Source: a virus (Duplodnaviria; Caudoviricetes). From it: a stretch of DNA of 25,437 nucleotides. Within the stretch, counting starts at the first letter, position 1, and each line of letters begins with the position of its first letter. Below the pieces are notes generated by a model. That model was not told the origin of the DNA. It was given only the letters and a program-made list of their open reading frames with translations, and ran no database searches. Of this stretch, positions 25,098 to 25,437 are shown piece after piece. A program made the position numbers and the translations under genes. The DNA lies in the IMG/VR virus record IMGVR_UViG_3300021124_000031, positions 1 to 25,437 of that record; one strand, 5' to 3'.

Positions 25098-25124
25098 AAA
25101 AAGAGCTATTTAAAAAATAGCTCT
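25098..25124 (-). terminator. Putative terminator directly after the last ORF
   Basis: AGAGCTATTT/AAATAGCTCT 10-bp stem with 3-nt loop and a short T-run, 8 nt after the stop. Confidence 0.55.
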
Positions 25125-25132
25125 GTCTTTTA

Positions 25133-25437
25133 TTAAGGTATCGCTGTAAGAACGATTTTTAGTCCTGTCTTAGTCTTACCTTCGACAGGACCTATAGACA
25201 GTGCAGCTTTTTTACGCAAAGCTGCACCGCTTACGCAGCCCGTACCTAAAGTCTTTTCGACTTTAGGTAACTGTGTGTTTTCAAAAAATTGTTCTGTGCC
25301 ATCCGCGTTAAATACGCGGATGTTGAAAAAACGAGCCTGTTTGCCTACAGGCTTAACAGGCTTAACAGGCTTAACAGGCTGTTTAGCGGTTTTGTCAGCG
25401 GTTTTGTCAGCGGTTTTGTCAGCGGTTTTGTCAGCGG
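25133..25437 (-). CDS. 5'-truncated basic hypothetical protein with TADK and PVK repeats
   Basis: Not in the track (start lies outside the window); 100 open codons: ...ADKTADKTADKTADKTAKQPVKPVKPVKPVGKQARFFNIRVFNADG...KIVLTAIP, then TAA TAA and terminators. Confidence 0.7.
   Translation of the reverse strand, partial: ADKTADKTADKTADKTAKQPVKPVKPVKPVGKQARFFNIRVFNADGTEQFFENTQLPKVEKTLGTGCVSGAALRKKAALSIGPVEGKTKTGLKIVLTAIP
25347..25437. repeat. In-frame tandem repeats (9 bp and 12 bp)
   Basis: ACAGGCTTA x3.8 (25347-25380) and AGCGGTTTTGTC x4.4 (25385 to window end). Confidence 0.95.

Noticed and set aside
1-25437. Alternative genetic code, introns or inteins in terL/portal/capsid, tRNAs
   Set aside because: Genes are full length in the standard code with TAA/TGA/TAG stops and tight coupling; no intein or intron signatures or cloverleafs were seen.

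Overview
AT-rich tailed-phage (myovirus) segment, essentially all coded on the minus strand. Bases 1-22261 are a nearly complete morphogenesis operon of the DUF1073-portal / DUF2213-protease / DUF2184-capsid / DUF3383-sheath type (Bcep781/PB1-like architecture). In transcription order: terS, terL, portal, MuF/gp7 head protein, a five-gene membrane/signal-peptide cluster, protease-scaffold, decoration, major capsid, neck genes, sheath, tube, tail chaperones (-1 frameshift), tape measure with lytic transglycosylase, baseplate genes, spike and a truncated baseplate J. Family names are recognised from motifs and gene order, not from database searches. Two things stand out. (1) The portal carries a C-terminal Nudix hydrolase with a perfect Nudix box, preceded by a candidate prohead-protease site and an internal RBS, suggesting a virion-packaged counter-defence enzyme. 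(2) The mostly non-coding 23.1-25.4 kb region has a perfect 34-bp inverted repeat around an AT-rich core, iteron-like repeats, five head-to-head pairs of sigma54-type -24/-12 boxes interleaved with IHF-like sites, nine CGAGTCAA motifs, and small genes bracketed by repeated terminator blocks and many hairpins. No RNA genes or CRISPR arrays could be supported.
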